Assembly (NCBI GenBank): GCA_905171695.1
Contig: LR991653.1
Coordinates: 1,338,150-1,402,149 of the forward strand
From: Candidatus Methanoperedenaceae archaeon GB37
GTDB taxonomy: Archaea; Halobacteriota; Methanosarcinia; Methanosarcinales; EX4572-44
Length of the DNA stretch: 64,000 bases
Direction: 5' to 3'
The notes under the pieces were generated by a model, which searched no databases, was not told the origin of the DNA, and saw only the letters and a list, made by a program, of their open reading frames with translations. A program made the translations under genes and the position numbers. Shown here one piece after another: positions 55,951 through 64,000 of the stretch; position 1 is the stretch's first letter, and every line of letters starts with the position of its first letter.

Positions 55951-58378
55951 GCTTAAATCGCATCCAGATAAGCATTTAATGGAACACTTATCAAATGTGG
56001 GAGCACTGTGTAAAGAGATCATATCATCGAAAAAGTTGAGCATGGATGAATATGTGGATTTTGACGTGCTCCAAGATGTGGCTTATCTGGTTGGAATAAG
56101 TCATGACTTCGGTAAAGCAACGTCTTTTTTTCAGAAATATATTAATGAAACAGATGAATTGAAAAGGATTAAACTAAAAAATAAACCAGAAACGTATCAT
56201 GGATTTCTTTCATCCCTTTTTACGTATTATGTTATAAAAGAGTATCTTTCCTCTAAAAACTTACAGGAGAGGAGATATTTAAAATATCTTCCTATAATAT
56301 GCTTTTTGATTGTTAAACGGCACCATGGGAATTTACATGATGCATTGGATGAAACCAGTGATTTTGGCGAGGCTGATAAAGCGATTTTAGAAAAACAAGT
56401 TGAGTCCATTGATTTTAATAAAATAAACGATATTTATAATGTGTTGTTCTTAAAGGTGCAGTTTAATTTTGATTGTAACTTCTTTCGAGATAAAATTTTG
56501 AATTCAAAACCGATCTATGTTTATGGGAAGCTTAAAGGACATAAGAAACATTACATGCATGATGTTGGAGGTGAGGGGAGGAGGTTGGTTAGGAATATAG
56601 ATGAAGAGCGCAGTTTGTTTTATTATTTTATAGCTTTGTTTTTGTATTCAGTACTTTTAGATGCTGACAAAACAGACGCTGCGAATTTAAAGCCAGTTAG
56701 AAGAAAAGATGTATCCAATGATATAGTTGATAATTATAAAAAATCCAGATTTAAAGAAAATGAGAGTAAGATGAACAGAATGAGAGAGGAGATCTATGAG
56801 GAAGTTATGAGCAACCTTAAAAATATTAATTTAGATAGAGATAAGATTTTATCGCTGAATGTTCCAACTGGTACTGGAAAAACACTTACCTCTCTGTCTT
56901 TTGCTTTAAAAATAAGGAAACGAATCGAGTATGAGAAGGGATATTCGCCACGGATTATTTACTCACTTCCTTTTTTGAGCATTATTGATCAAAATTATGA
57001 TGTTTTCAATGAGGTTTTAGGAAATCCAACCACAGATATACTTTTAAAACATCACCATTTATCAGACGTGCTTTATACAACAGAAGAAGACGAATTTGAT
57101 AGTATAGATAGCGATGTTGGAAAGGACGTTCTTTTAATCGAGGGATGGAATTCAGAGATTATTGTTACAACTTTTATACAATTTTTTCATTCGCTAATAT
57201 CAAATAAAAACAGGTCGATAAGAAAGATTTATAACATCGTAAACAGCATTGTTATATTAGACGAAGTTCAAGCTATTCCACACAAATACTGGTTGTTGTT
57301 AAATAAAACAATTAATTTTCTTGCAAATCATTTTAACACATATTTTATTTTTATTACAGCCACGCAGCCTTTGATTTTTAACGAAAAGAAAAATGAAATA
57401 AAAGAATTAGTAAAGAACAAGGAAAAATATTTTAGAGAACTTGATAGAGTTAAATTACATGTGGTTTTAGAGCCTATTTTAATTGAAAGCTTCAAAGAGG
57501 TCTTAAAAAAAGATTTAATAGAGAATGAAAACAAAGATTTTTTAATTGTTTTGAATACTATTAACTCGTCAAAAGACGTTTATGAGTTTGTTAAGGAGTT
57601 GAATATTAAAGATTCCAAAATATATTATTTATCTACAAATATTGTTCCAAAGAGTAGATTAAAAAGAATTAAAGAGATAAAGAAAGAAACGAAAGAGAGA
57701 AAAATCATAGTAAGTACCCAGCTTATAGAAGCGGGTGTAGATATGGATGTCGATATTGTTTATAGAGACTTTGCACCCCTTGATTCCATAAATCAGGTTG
57801 CAGGTAGATGTAACAGAAACTTTAGAGATACAAAAGGTATTGTTAAAATTTTTGTTTTAAAAGAAGAAAATAGAGAATATTACAAACATATCTATGGAAC
57901 ATTTTTACCCTCTAAAACAGAAAATGTCCTCAAAGACAAAAACAAAATAAACGAATCTGAATTTTTAAAAATAAATGAAAAATACTTTGAAAAAATAGAT
58001 ATTGAAAAAAGTGACGATGAATCAATGAGTATTTTAGAAACACTTGAAAAATTGAAATTTGAAGATTTATCCAAATTTAAATTAATAAAAGAGGATTATT
58101 TCAAGGTTGACGTGTTCATTGAACTTGATGATTATGCAAAATCTGTGTGGAGAAAATATTGTGAAATAAAAGAGCTTCCACCGTTTGAGCGCAGGAAGGA
58201 GTTTTTGAAGATTAAAAAGGATTTTTATGATTATGTGATTTCTGTTCCAAAAAATTATGCGGCTGGTTTTGAAGAGGGAGAAATAAATCACGTTTCAAAA
58301 GAGGAATTATCTAATTACTATGATGCTGAAACCGGTTTCAAACGAGAGACTGCAGGAGAGGGGGTGCTGATCTGTTAG
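55910..58378 (+). CDS. cas3: Cas3 (HD nuclease fused to SF2 helicase)
   Basis: 822 aa with HD motif GISHDFGKATSFFQ, helicase motif I LNVPTGTGKT, motif II VILDEVQ, and later STQLIEAGVDMD. The only in-frame ATG preceding the conserved SHPDKHLMEHL is at 55910 (41-nt overlap with cas5). Confidence 0.9.
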   Translation: MELEHRKISSSSNELKSHPDKHLMEHLSNVGALCKEIISSKKLSMDEYVDFDVLQDVAYLVGISHDFGKATSFFQKYINETDELKRIKLKNKPETYHGFLSSLFTYYVIKEYLSSKNLQERRYLKYLPIICFLIVKRHHGNLHDALDETSDFGEADKAILEKQVESIDFNKINDIYNVLFLKVQFNFDCNFFRDKILNSKPIYVYGKLKGHKKHYMHDVGGEGRRLVRNIDEERSLFYYFIALFLYSVLLDADKTDAANLKPVRRKDVSNDIVDNYKKSRFKENESKMNRMREEIYEEVMSNLKNINLDRDKILSLNVPTGTGKTLTSLSFALKIRKRIEYEKGYSPRIIYSLPFLSIIDQNYDVFNEVLGNPTTDILLKHHHLSDVLYTTEEDEFDSIDSDVGKDVLLIEGWNSEIIVTTFIQFFHSLISNKNRSIRKIYNIVNSIVILDEVQAIPHKYWLLLNKTINFLANHFNTYFIFITATQPLIFNEKKNEIKELVKNKEKYFRELDRVKLHVVLEPILIESFKEVLKKDLIENENKDFLIVLNTINSSKDVYEFVKELNIKDSKIYYLSTNIVPKSRLKRIKEIKKETKERKIIVSTQLIEAGVDMDVDIVYRDFAPLDSINQVAGRCNRNFRDTKGIVKIFVLKEENREYYKHIYGTFLPSKTENVLKDKNKINESEFLKINEKYFEKIDIEKSDDESMSILETLEKLKFEDLSKFKLIKEDYFKVDVFIELDDYAKSVWRKYCEIKELPPFERRKEFLKIKKDFYDYVISVPKNYAAGFEEGEINHVSKEELSNYYDAETGFKRETAGEGVLIC

Positions 58379-58548
58379 GAAGACACCGTCTCGCTCACAA
58401 TCCTATGAAATCAGTTTGAATGAGGAACAGTATACAAGAATACTGGAGAAGAGAGAAGTTATGGACGAAGTAGGAACGATCGTATTCGGACTCGATTGCG
58501 TGAGTGCGTCTTACGTCTTCGGCTATCAATCTCCAAAGGACTGAAACC

Positions 58549-59214
58549 ATGCCCCTTGAAACTCTCACTCTGACCCTCACATCCTCCCGCCCGGTCAGAG
58601 AGACAGGGGTTCAGCTCCGCGGCTTCTTTGCAACCAAGTTCACAGAGTATGAGCTCCTGCACCAGCACGTGGATGCGGGCAGACTCGTCTACCAGTACCC
58701 GAAGATCCAGTACAAGGTGATCGATGGCACTCCGATGGTGATCGGGATAAACGAGGGTGCAGAGGTATTAAAGGAGCTATACGACCAGTACGATAGAATA
58801 ACGCTTGGAGATAATACCTACGAGATTGTTGAGAGAAATATAACTCTGCGAGAGGAAGCTTTTGGTATCTCGCATCAGATTTTGAGTTATCGATTTATTA
58901 CGCCGTGGCTTGCACTGAATCAGAGGAATTATGAACGGTATTTTAGATTGGATTGGTCTAAGCAGAAGAATTTGCTGCGCAGAACGCTTGTTGGTAATAT
59001 ACTTTCGATGGCAAAGGGGCTGGATTATGTCGTGACCTCACATATAAAACTGGATATTGGTAGAGTGCGGCATAGGATGTGCACTGTTAAGGGTGTGAAC
59101 ATGCTTGGAATTGAATGCGATTTTATGGTGAACTTTGCAATTCCTGACTATCTCGGGCTTGGTAAGTCGGTATCGAGGGGGTTTGGGGCGGTTGTGAAGG
59201 TGAAGAATCTTTGA
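58549..59214 (+). CDS. cas6: Cas6 crRNA endoribonuclease
   Basis: From the internal Met: MPLETLTLTLTSSRPVRETGVQLRGFFATKF...YPKIQYKVIDG... and the C-terminal glycine-rich loop GLGKSVSRGFGAV. Its composition is noticeably more GC-rich than the flanking cas genes. Confidence 0.8.
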   Translation: MPLETLTLTLTSSRPVRETGVQLRGFFATKFTEYELLHQHVDAGRLVYQYPKIQYKVIDGTPMVIGINEGAEVLKELYDQYDRITLGDNTYEIVERNITLREEAFGISHQILSYRFITPWLALNQRNYERYFRLDWSKQKNLLRRTLVGNILSMAKGLDYVVTSHIKLDIGRVRHRMCTVKGVNMLGIECDFMVNFAIPDYLGLGKSVSRGFGAVVKVKNL

Positions 59215-59290
59215 AAGGGTTCTGGATGTGGAAAGGATTAATAAAGACGGAGAAGATAGTTAAATATTGCTTTACTGTTGGTGAAAAAAT

Positions 59291-61324
59291 ATGAGCGATG
59301 ATCTGGTTCCAGAGCTGCATGATATAGGGAAGATGGTTGATGAGTCGTTGATGAACGAAGACGGGCACACTTTTCGTCGTATAGACGATCGCTACAAGAA
59401 TAGAATAAAAGATAATAAAAATTGGGTTGGTATAAAATTTCATACAGGCGGAAAGACTCCAAATGAATACAAAGGAGACATGGATCTCTTTTTGCTTAAG
59501 TTATCGGATCACATGGCATCTGCCGTGTCGAGAATGCTACCTAAAAAAGAGGCGAATCAAGCCAAGGATCAAGCCAAAACACAAAACAAAACACAAAGAA
59601 GTGATAAAAAGCGGAGAAAATCGAGTATCTGCAAATTATGGTGGGAAAATGAAGCCGAGACGGAATTGATCTCGGATGATAAGGAATTCTTAGAATTAAT
59701 TGATTTTGTAAATAATTACTCGTCTAACGACGGTACTAAATATTTTGAAAAATACGGTAAAAGATTAAAAGAATGTCCAGAAGATAAATTTCCGGGATTA
59801 AATATCATATCTCTCTTTACACATTCAAAACTTGTTGGCAAGTTTTATAGATTCTTCAAGAAGTACGGGGACGATATCAAGGATAATGGAACAACTCTCG
59901 GAGAGGTATATGAAATAAAGAAAGCAGAGAATAATTTTACAATAAAACTCGTTCACGGAAAAATTAAATTTCATTTATCGCCTGTTCGAGCAGGAGATTT
60001 GAATATCTTCAATGTTAAAGAACGAATTGTAGAGTTTTTAAAGCAAAGAGATGAGATTTTGTTTTGCACTCAAGATGAATTTCTGGCAATTCTTCCAGTG
60101 AATAAAGATATAACGAGTATTTTTGAAAAAATAGAAGAAAACCTATACTTTGATGTAGAAGAGGCAGAAGCGGTGTTATATGAGGTATATCCCACTCCAC
60201 TGGCGATGAAAAGCAGATTTGAAAGAACAAATTCAAAAGGATTTAGGGTTCGTGAAAAATTTAACTATGCTGAAAAGTTGATATATTTCGATTTATCTCC
60301 GCAGATACATGATATCTGCGACCTCTGCCAGATGTATGAGGCAACAAAGGAATTTCCAAGAGATTATGTTTACGAGCATCTTTGTGAGAAATGTAGAACT
60401 GCTGTGAGAAATGAAGAATACCCGTTTCCTTTAGATAAAATCTGTGAGAGTTGCAAGAACAAAAACGAAAAATGGTTAGAGGAGACTATTTCTGAAAAAT
60501 TATGCATACACTGCTTTAATTTAAGAGAAGAAGAGCCTCGTGCACCAAAAATTGTAGAATGGTCTGAATCAGATGAAGATTTTAAGGTTGCGTGGGTCAA
60601 AATAAGTCTGGACATCGAAGAACTCCAGAAAATTTTGGAAAAACTGTATGAAGAATATCTAAATCTAAATGAAAAAGAGTTTGAAAAGAGCAGGGAAGGA
60701 GAGATAAGATTTTCTGTTCTTTCTGAGTTCCAGAGTGATTTTGAGAATTTCCTGGGAGATTTGATGAGAAAGAGAGAAGATGATGGGGAGATAGAGGGGT
60801 TGCTTGCAGATAAATTTGGAATTGCAAATTGTCAGTGGATTCTGTCAGATCTTTTCTGCGTCAGGATAGAGAGTCTGGCTGACATAACAGAAATTTTGGA
60901 AATCTACAACAAGCTCTTCAATGGATATTTCCCAAAGTTCAAAAAGGTAGCTTCGCCAATAAAACTCTCAATCTCCTACTCCAGCATAAAGTTCGCATTC
61001 TTCTGGCACTGGAGGTTTCTGGATAACCCAGTGAATGATGTCAATGTAAATCTCGTGGGCAAAGGCGAGATGCATCTGGATCTGGAACAGTTAGATAATA
61101 TCCTTGAATTGAATGAAATCTCTGTAGCTCAACTTCATAAGTTGGCAAAGATATCAGAAGTATCTAAAGAACTATCAAAGATCTTACTGTATCATAAAGG
61201 CGAGTGGAGGTTAGTCAAAAAAGAAGATTATGAAAAACTGAAGAAATTTACCTCAGCAGTTGGTTTTGAGAATATCTTGACCTATGCAAAGATGATACGC
61301 GATCAGGAGCAGTTGGTTGAATGA
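59291..61324 (+). CDS. cas10: Short Cas10-like large subunit (HD domain, four CxxC pairs, no GGDD)
   Basis: 677 aa with HD motif PELHDIGK at residues 7-14 and the Cys cluster CDLCQ..CEKC..CESC..CIHC. The palm-like segments read ILFCTQDEFLAILP and WILSDLFCVRIE, followed about 45 aa later by KLSISYSSIKF (the usual position of the SxGI block). Confidence 0.65.
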   Translation: MSDDLVPELHDIGKMVDESLMNEDGHTFRRIDDRYKNRIKDNKNWVGIKFHTGGKTPNEYKGDMDLFLLKLSDHMASAVSRMLPKKEANQAKDQAKTQNKTQRSDKKRRKSSICKLWWENEAETELISDDKEFLELIDFVNNYSSNDGTKYFEKYGKRLKECPEDKFPGLNIISLFTHSKLVGKFYRFFKKYGDDIKDNGTTLGEVYEIKKAENNFTIKLVHGKIKFHLSPVRAGDLNIFNVKERIVEFLKQRDEILFCTQDEFLAILPVNKDITSIFEKIEENLYFDVEEAEAVLYEVYPTPLAMKSRFERTNSKGFRVREKFNYAEKLIYFDLSPQIHDICDLCQMYEATKEFPRDYVYEHLCEKCRTAVRNEEYPFPLDKICESCKNKNEKWLEETISEKLCIHCFNLREEEPRAPKIVEWSESDEDFKVAWVKISLDIEELQKILEKLYEEYLNLNEKEFEKSREGEIRFSVLSEFQSDFENFLGDLMRKREDDGEIEGLLADKFGIANCQWILSDLFCVRIESLADITEILEIYNKLFNGYFPKFKKVASPIKLSISYSSIKFAFFWHWRFLDNPVNDVNVNLVGKGEMHLDLEQLDNILELNEISVAQLHKLAKISEVSKELSKILLYHKGEWRLVKKEDYEKLKKFTSAVGFENILTYAKMIRDQEQLVE

Positions 61325-62052
61325 ATTTTATTGAATACACGCTCACATCGGATATGCTCTGTATGGGCGAACGGATAAAGAAGGGGCAGTTCAGACCGAC
61401 AGTCACAACAATCCCTTATAGCCAGATTACTGGCGCCTTAAAGGCGGTTTTTGGAGATAAGGATATTCACGCCGTTGGTTACTTTCCTTTTGAGAATGAG
61501 CAGGAGTTTAGAAGAAGGCATGTGCAAATATTAACGTATTCACCGAGGGACAGGGCAATCAACACGAGCATCATTCCACTGTATATTGAATACCTGAGGG
61601 ATGTTAAAGGGAGGGTGTTTATCGCAGCGACAGATGATATCAGAGACGCCCTTAAAAATGAGTCAATTTCCATTTATATGGATATGGGTGCTTTCAAATC
61701 TAAAGGGTTCGGGGGGTGTACATTGAAAAAGTGCAGAGAGATAGGTGAAGAAGATTTGGAGATTCGAGAAGGGTTATTGAATACCAGAATTCCAATAGCA
61801 AAGGCAAAAGAGATGAATGGAATGGATGGCAAGTCTCAAAAGAGGTTGATAGACGAAGGGGGGACGACTGAATTCCTGAAAAATACATTCGGTATCGAAA
61901 AGGTTGTAAAGGCACGATATGGTTACCTCTTTGAGCCGACGAGTAAAACATCCGGGTGGTACGTGCTATCACTCTTTGAGGGAAGCGTGATAAAAGGACC
62001 GGAATTTCTGTTGAAGGATTATGATAGAGGTGATGGGAATGATACTCAATAA
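61321..62052 (+). CDS. Cas5-group RAMP (Csm4/Cmr3-like)
   Basis: 243 aa with ...TTIPYSQITGALKAVFG... and the glycine-rich GAFKSKGFGG. It overlaps the cas10-like gene by 4 nt. Confidence 0.55.
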   Translation: MNFIEYTLTSDMLCMGERIKKGQFRPTVTTIPYSQITGALKAVFGDKDIHAVGYFPFENEQEFRRRHVQILTYSPRDRAINTSIIPLYIEYLRDVKGRVFIAATDDIRDALKNESISIYMDMGAFKSKGFGGCTLKKCREIGEEDLEIREGLLNTRIPIAKAKEMNGMDGKSQKRLIDEGGTTEFLKNTFGIEKVVKARYGYLFEPTSKTSGWYVLSLFEGSVIKGPEFLLKDYDRGDGNDTQ

Positions 62053-62638
62053 CGTCGATGAATTTGTTAAGGAAATATTGAATGACCGGAGGATATTTTT
62101 TTATTCTCATGGAGCGGAACTATTTAACAAAGCGGAAATGGATAATCTGAAGAAAAAATATGAAAATAATAAGGCAGATTTTATCAAAAAGATCAAAGAT
62201 AAAATTGAGCAAGTTAATGAGGAGATAGAACATCTGAAAAAGCAAAAAAATAACAGACTGAAGAAAAGAATAGAGAATAGACAAAGATGTGTAAAACTTG
62301 CAGAATCGATGATTCGGGCGGTCACAGATACGTCAAATTCTTTAGAAGAACTAATAGAAACGTTCGATGACCTGGGGATATTATCAAGTAATCTAGCGCC
62401 AAAACATTTAGAAGATATTGGCCAATTGATAGAAGAGACCGAGAGAAATATCGTGAAAGAATTTATTTTGTATAAAGCTCAAAAAGAGGGAGATAAACGT
62501 AAAAGGGAGGCACTAATGGTTTTGTGGAATTATGTAGATCAACTATATGGAATGAATTTATCCCTACCTGAAAAGGGATTTGTAATAAGAAAAATAAATG
62601 CATTTAAGTTACTCCCTGAGGTGATAAACCATGAATAA
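62021..62638 (+). CDS. Putative small subunit (Cas11-like), helical K/E-rich protein
   Basis: Assigned by position between the Cas5-like and Cas7-like genes, by size (about 200 aa) and by helical/coiled-coil character only. The start may be 62033 or 62039. Confidence 0.35.
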   Translation: MIEVMGMILNNVDEFVKEILNDRRIFFYSHGAELFNKAEMDNLKKKYENNKADFIKKIKDKIEQVNEEIEHLKKQKNNRLKKRIENRQRCVKLAESMIRAVTDTSNSLEELIETFDDLGILSSNLAPKHLEDIGQLIEETERNIVKEFILYKAQKEGDKRKREALMVLWNYVDQLYGMNLSLPEKGFVIRKINAFKLLPEVINHE

Positions 62639-63488
62639 GTTTGAAACTCTTGCAGATATTGGAACAACCGAACAGATCGGCAGAATTAAGAGGCTTAATG
62701 TGGGCATAGTTGTGAAGGTTGAAGATGCGTCTTTCTTGCACATTGGGGGAAGTCCTACGCCATTGACAGATAAGAAAGCACCAATATTCATGATTGGTGA
62801 CCAGCCAGCGATCCCCGCATCGAGTTTCAAAGGGGCATTCCGAAATAAAGTAGAAGCCTACTTAATAGAACACCAAGACGAGATTAAAACGATTTTCAGA
62901 GTGGAAGATGCAAAGTGTTTGATGCCATGCATTCCCGCATCAAAACCCACCGCCGCAGAAAAATCTTTCTTGACCAACAAAGCTGTTTACAGAGAGAAAA
63001 ACTGCGAAGTGAAAGTGGACGAAAATACGATCAAATTCCCAAATAGTGGGATATGCCCAGTCTGTTATTTATTTGGTGCCAATGGCATAATGGGTTTCCT
63101 GCGAATACCCAACTTTCTACCAATAACGAAAGGGCTTAGCAAATTGGAACAAACTCAGATAGGAATTGACAGGAAAACAGGAACTGCTCGCCACGGAGCA
63201 ATTGTTCGCGGAGATCAGGTTTTACCGGGAACAAAATTCGTTGGTAAACTTGAAATTCTATTGAATGATGGTAATTTTGAATTTGGTGTACCGAGAAAGA
63301 TAGGCGAGAATAATAAACAAGTATTGGATACGTGGCTAAACAACACTGAAATAGAAGATCTTAATGAAATCCAGATTAAGATTATCGATAACTTGATACT
63401 AAGACCATTAAAAGAGTTGGATCGTCTTGGTGGTCAGAAATCCAAAGGTGCGGGGAAAGTAAAAATAACAGTCGGAGCGCCTCCATGA
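62631..63488 (+). CDS. Cas7-group RAMP (Csm3/Cmr4-like), the single backbone subunit of the minimal type III module
   Basis: 285 aa with LHIGGSPTP...QPAIPASSFKGAFRNKVEAYL, CPVCYLFGANG, IGIDRKTGTARHGAIVRGDQVLPGTKF and the C-terminal LGGQKSKGAGKV. Confidence 0.75.
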   Translation: MNKFETLADIGTTEQIGRIKRLNVGIVVKVEDASFLHIGGSPTPLTDKKAPIFMIGDQPAIPASSFKGAFRNKVEAYLIEHQDEIKTIFRVEDAKCLMPCIPASKPTAAEKSFLTNKAVYREKNCEVKVDENTIKFPNSGICPVCYLFGANGIMGFLRIPNFLPITKGLSKLEQTQIGIDRKTGTARHGAIVRGDQVLPGTKFVGKLEILLNDGNFEFGVPRKIGENNKQVLDTWLNNTEIEDLNEIQIKIIDNLILRPLKELDRLGGQKSKGAGKVKITVGAPP

Positions 63489-63586
63489 AACTTCGCGTCC
63501 AATCTTCAAAGTAAGATTTGTGTGTGGGGTGTTAGTGACAGCGTGGTGATAACCGATAATAAAATCCATAAAATACTCCAAAACTT

Positions 63587-64000
63587 ATGCATATGCAACT
63601 CGTAATCAACACCCGCGGATCATACCTGAGAAAGAAAGAGAACCGCTTTCTTGTCAGGAACGAGGAGAAGGTCTTTGAGATATCGGTGAATAAGGTTGAT
63701 AGCATACTGATTACGACATCTGCGTACATCTCGACCGACGCAGTCAAGTTCGCTGTAGATAACAACATCGATATAGTCTTCCTTGACAACTTTGGTGATC
63801 CTTTCGGCAGAGTCTGGCACAGTAAACTCGGTAGCACGACTCTTATCAGAAGGCGTCAGCTTGAGACCTCCAGCACGGCAAGAGGGTTTAACATGGCGAA
63901 GGGATGGGTGGAGATAAAGATCGATAATCAGATCACCTTTCTGAAGGACCTCAAGAAGAACCGTCCAGAGAGGAGGGGAGAGATCGAGTCTCACATCAGA
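63587..64000 (+). CDS. cas1: Cas1 integrase, N-terminal part (runs off the window end)
   Basis: Not in the ORF track (open at the edge). My own translation gives MHMQLVINTRGSYLRKKENRFLVRNEEKVFEISVNKVDSILITTSAYISTDAVKFAVDNNIDIVFLDNFGDPFGRVWHSKLGSTTLIRRRQLE..., the canonical Cas1 N-terminal domain. Confidence 0.85.
   Translation, partial: MHMQLVINTRGSYLRKKENRFLVRNEEKVFEISVNKVDSILITTSAYISTDAVKFAVDNNIDIVFLDNFGDPFGRVWHSKLGSTTLIRRRQLETSSTARGFNMAKGWVEIKIDNQITFLKDLKKNRPERRGEIESHIR

Noticed and set aside
58520-58548. A possible CRISPR array or repeat upstream of cas6 (..CTCCAAAGGACTGAAAC).
   Set aside because: It is a single copy with no repeat-spacer periodicity. I found no regularly spaced 24-40-bp repeats anywhere in the window, so no CRISPR feature is called.

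Overview
This is an archaeal chromosomal segment. The evidence is an archaeal TBP, an intron-containing tRNA-Leu and an archaeal-type TyrRS. Moderately GC-rich housekeeping genes alternate with visibly AT-rich accessory islands. Core content: tbp, a TatD-like hydrolase, tRNA-Arg, thrB, a HIT protein, a CcdA/DsbD-like protein, tRNA-Leu, a HerA-like ATPase, tyrS, an Mrp/NBP35 ATPase, cobN, a FecBCD/Btu-type ABC importer, an ExbB/MotA-like gene cluster, and a 2672-aa CARDB-repeat surface protein. Accessory content: (i) a complete type III-C-like CRISPR-Cas effector operon (cmr1-cmr6-cas10-cmr4-cmr5-cmr3, 17.4-24.7 kb) with no array, cas6 or adaptation genes. (ii) A composite operon at 52.3-64 kb: type I-B cas8b-cas7-cas5-cas3, then cas6, then a minimal four-gene type III module (short HD-Cas10, Cas5-like, small subunit, single Cas7; III-F-like), then cas1 running off the window. 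(iii) Several decayed IS elements (IS5-like nest, IS6-like, IS630-like), inactivated toxin-antitoxin genes and other gene remnants. I found no CRISPR array in the window. The most interesting signal is a family of GC-rich structured repeats at the 3' ends of AT-rich accessory genes. They have an ...AAC box, a covarying 8-11 bp stem pair and a GTT... box. Each gene unit is bounded by its own matching inverted termini, which is the logic of integron gene cassettes and attC sites. No recombinase gene is visible here. One such element sits directly after the type III-C operon, and that whole island is also bracketed by a direct repeat.
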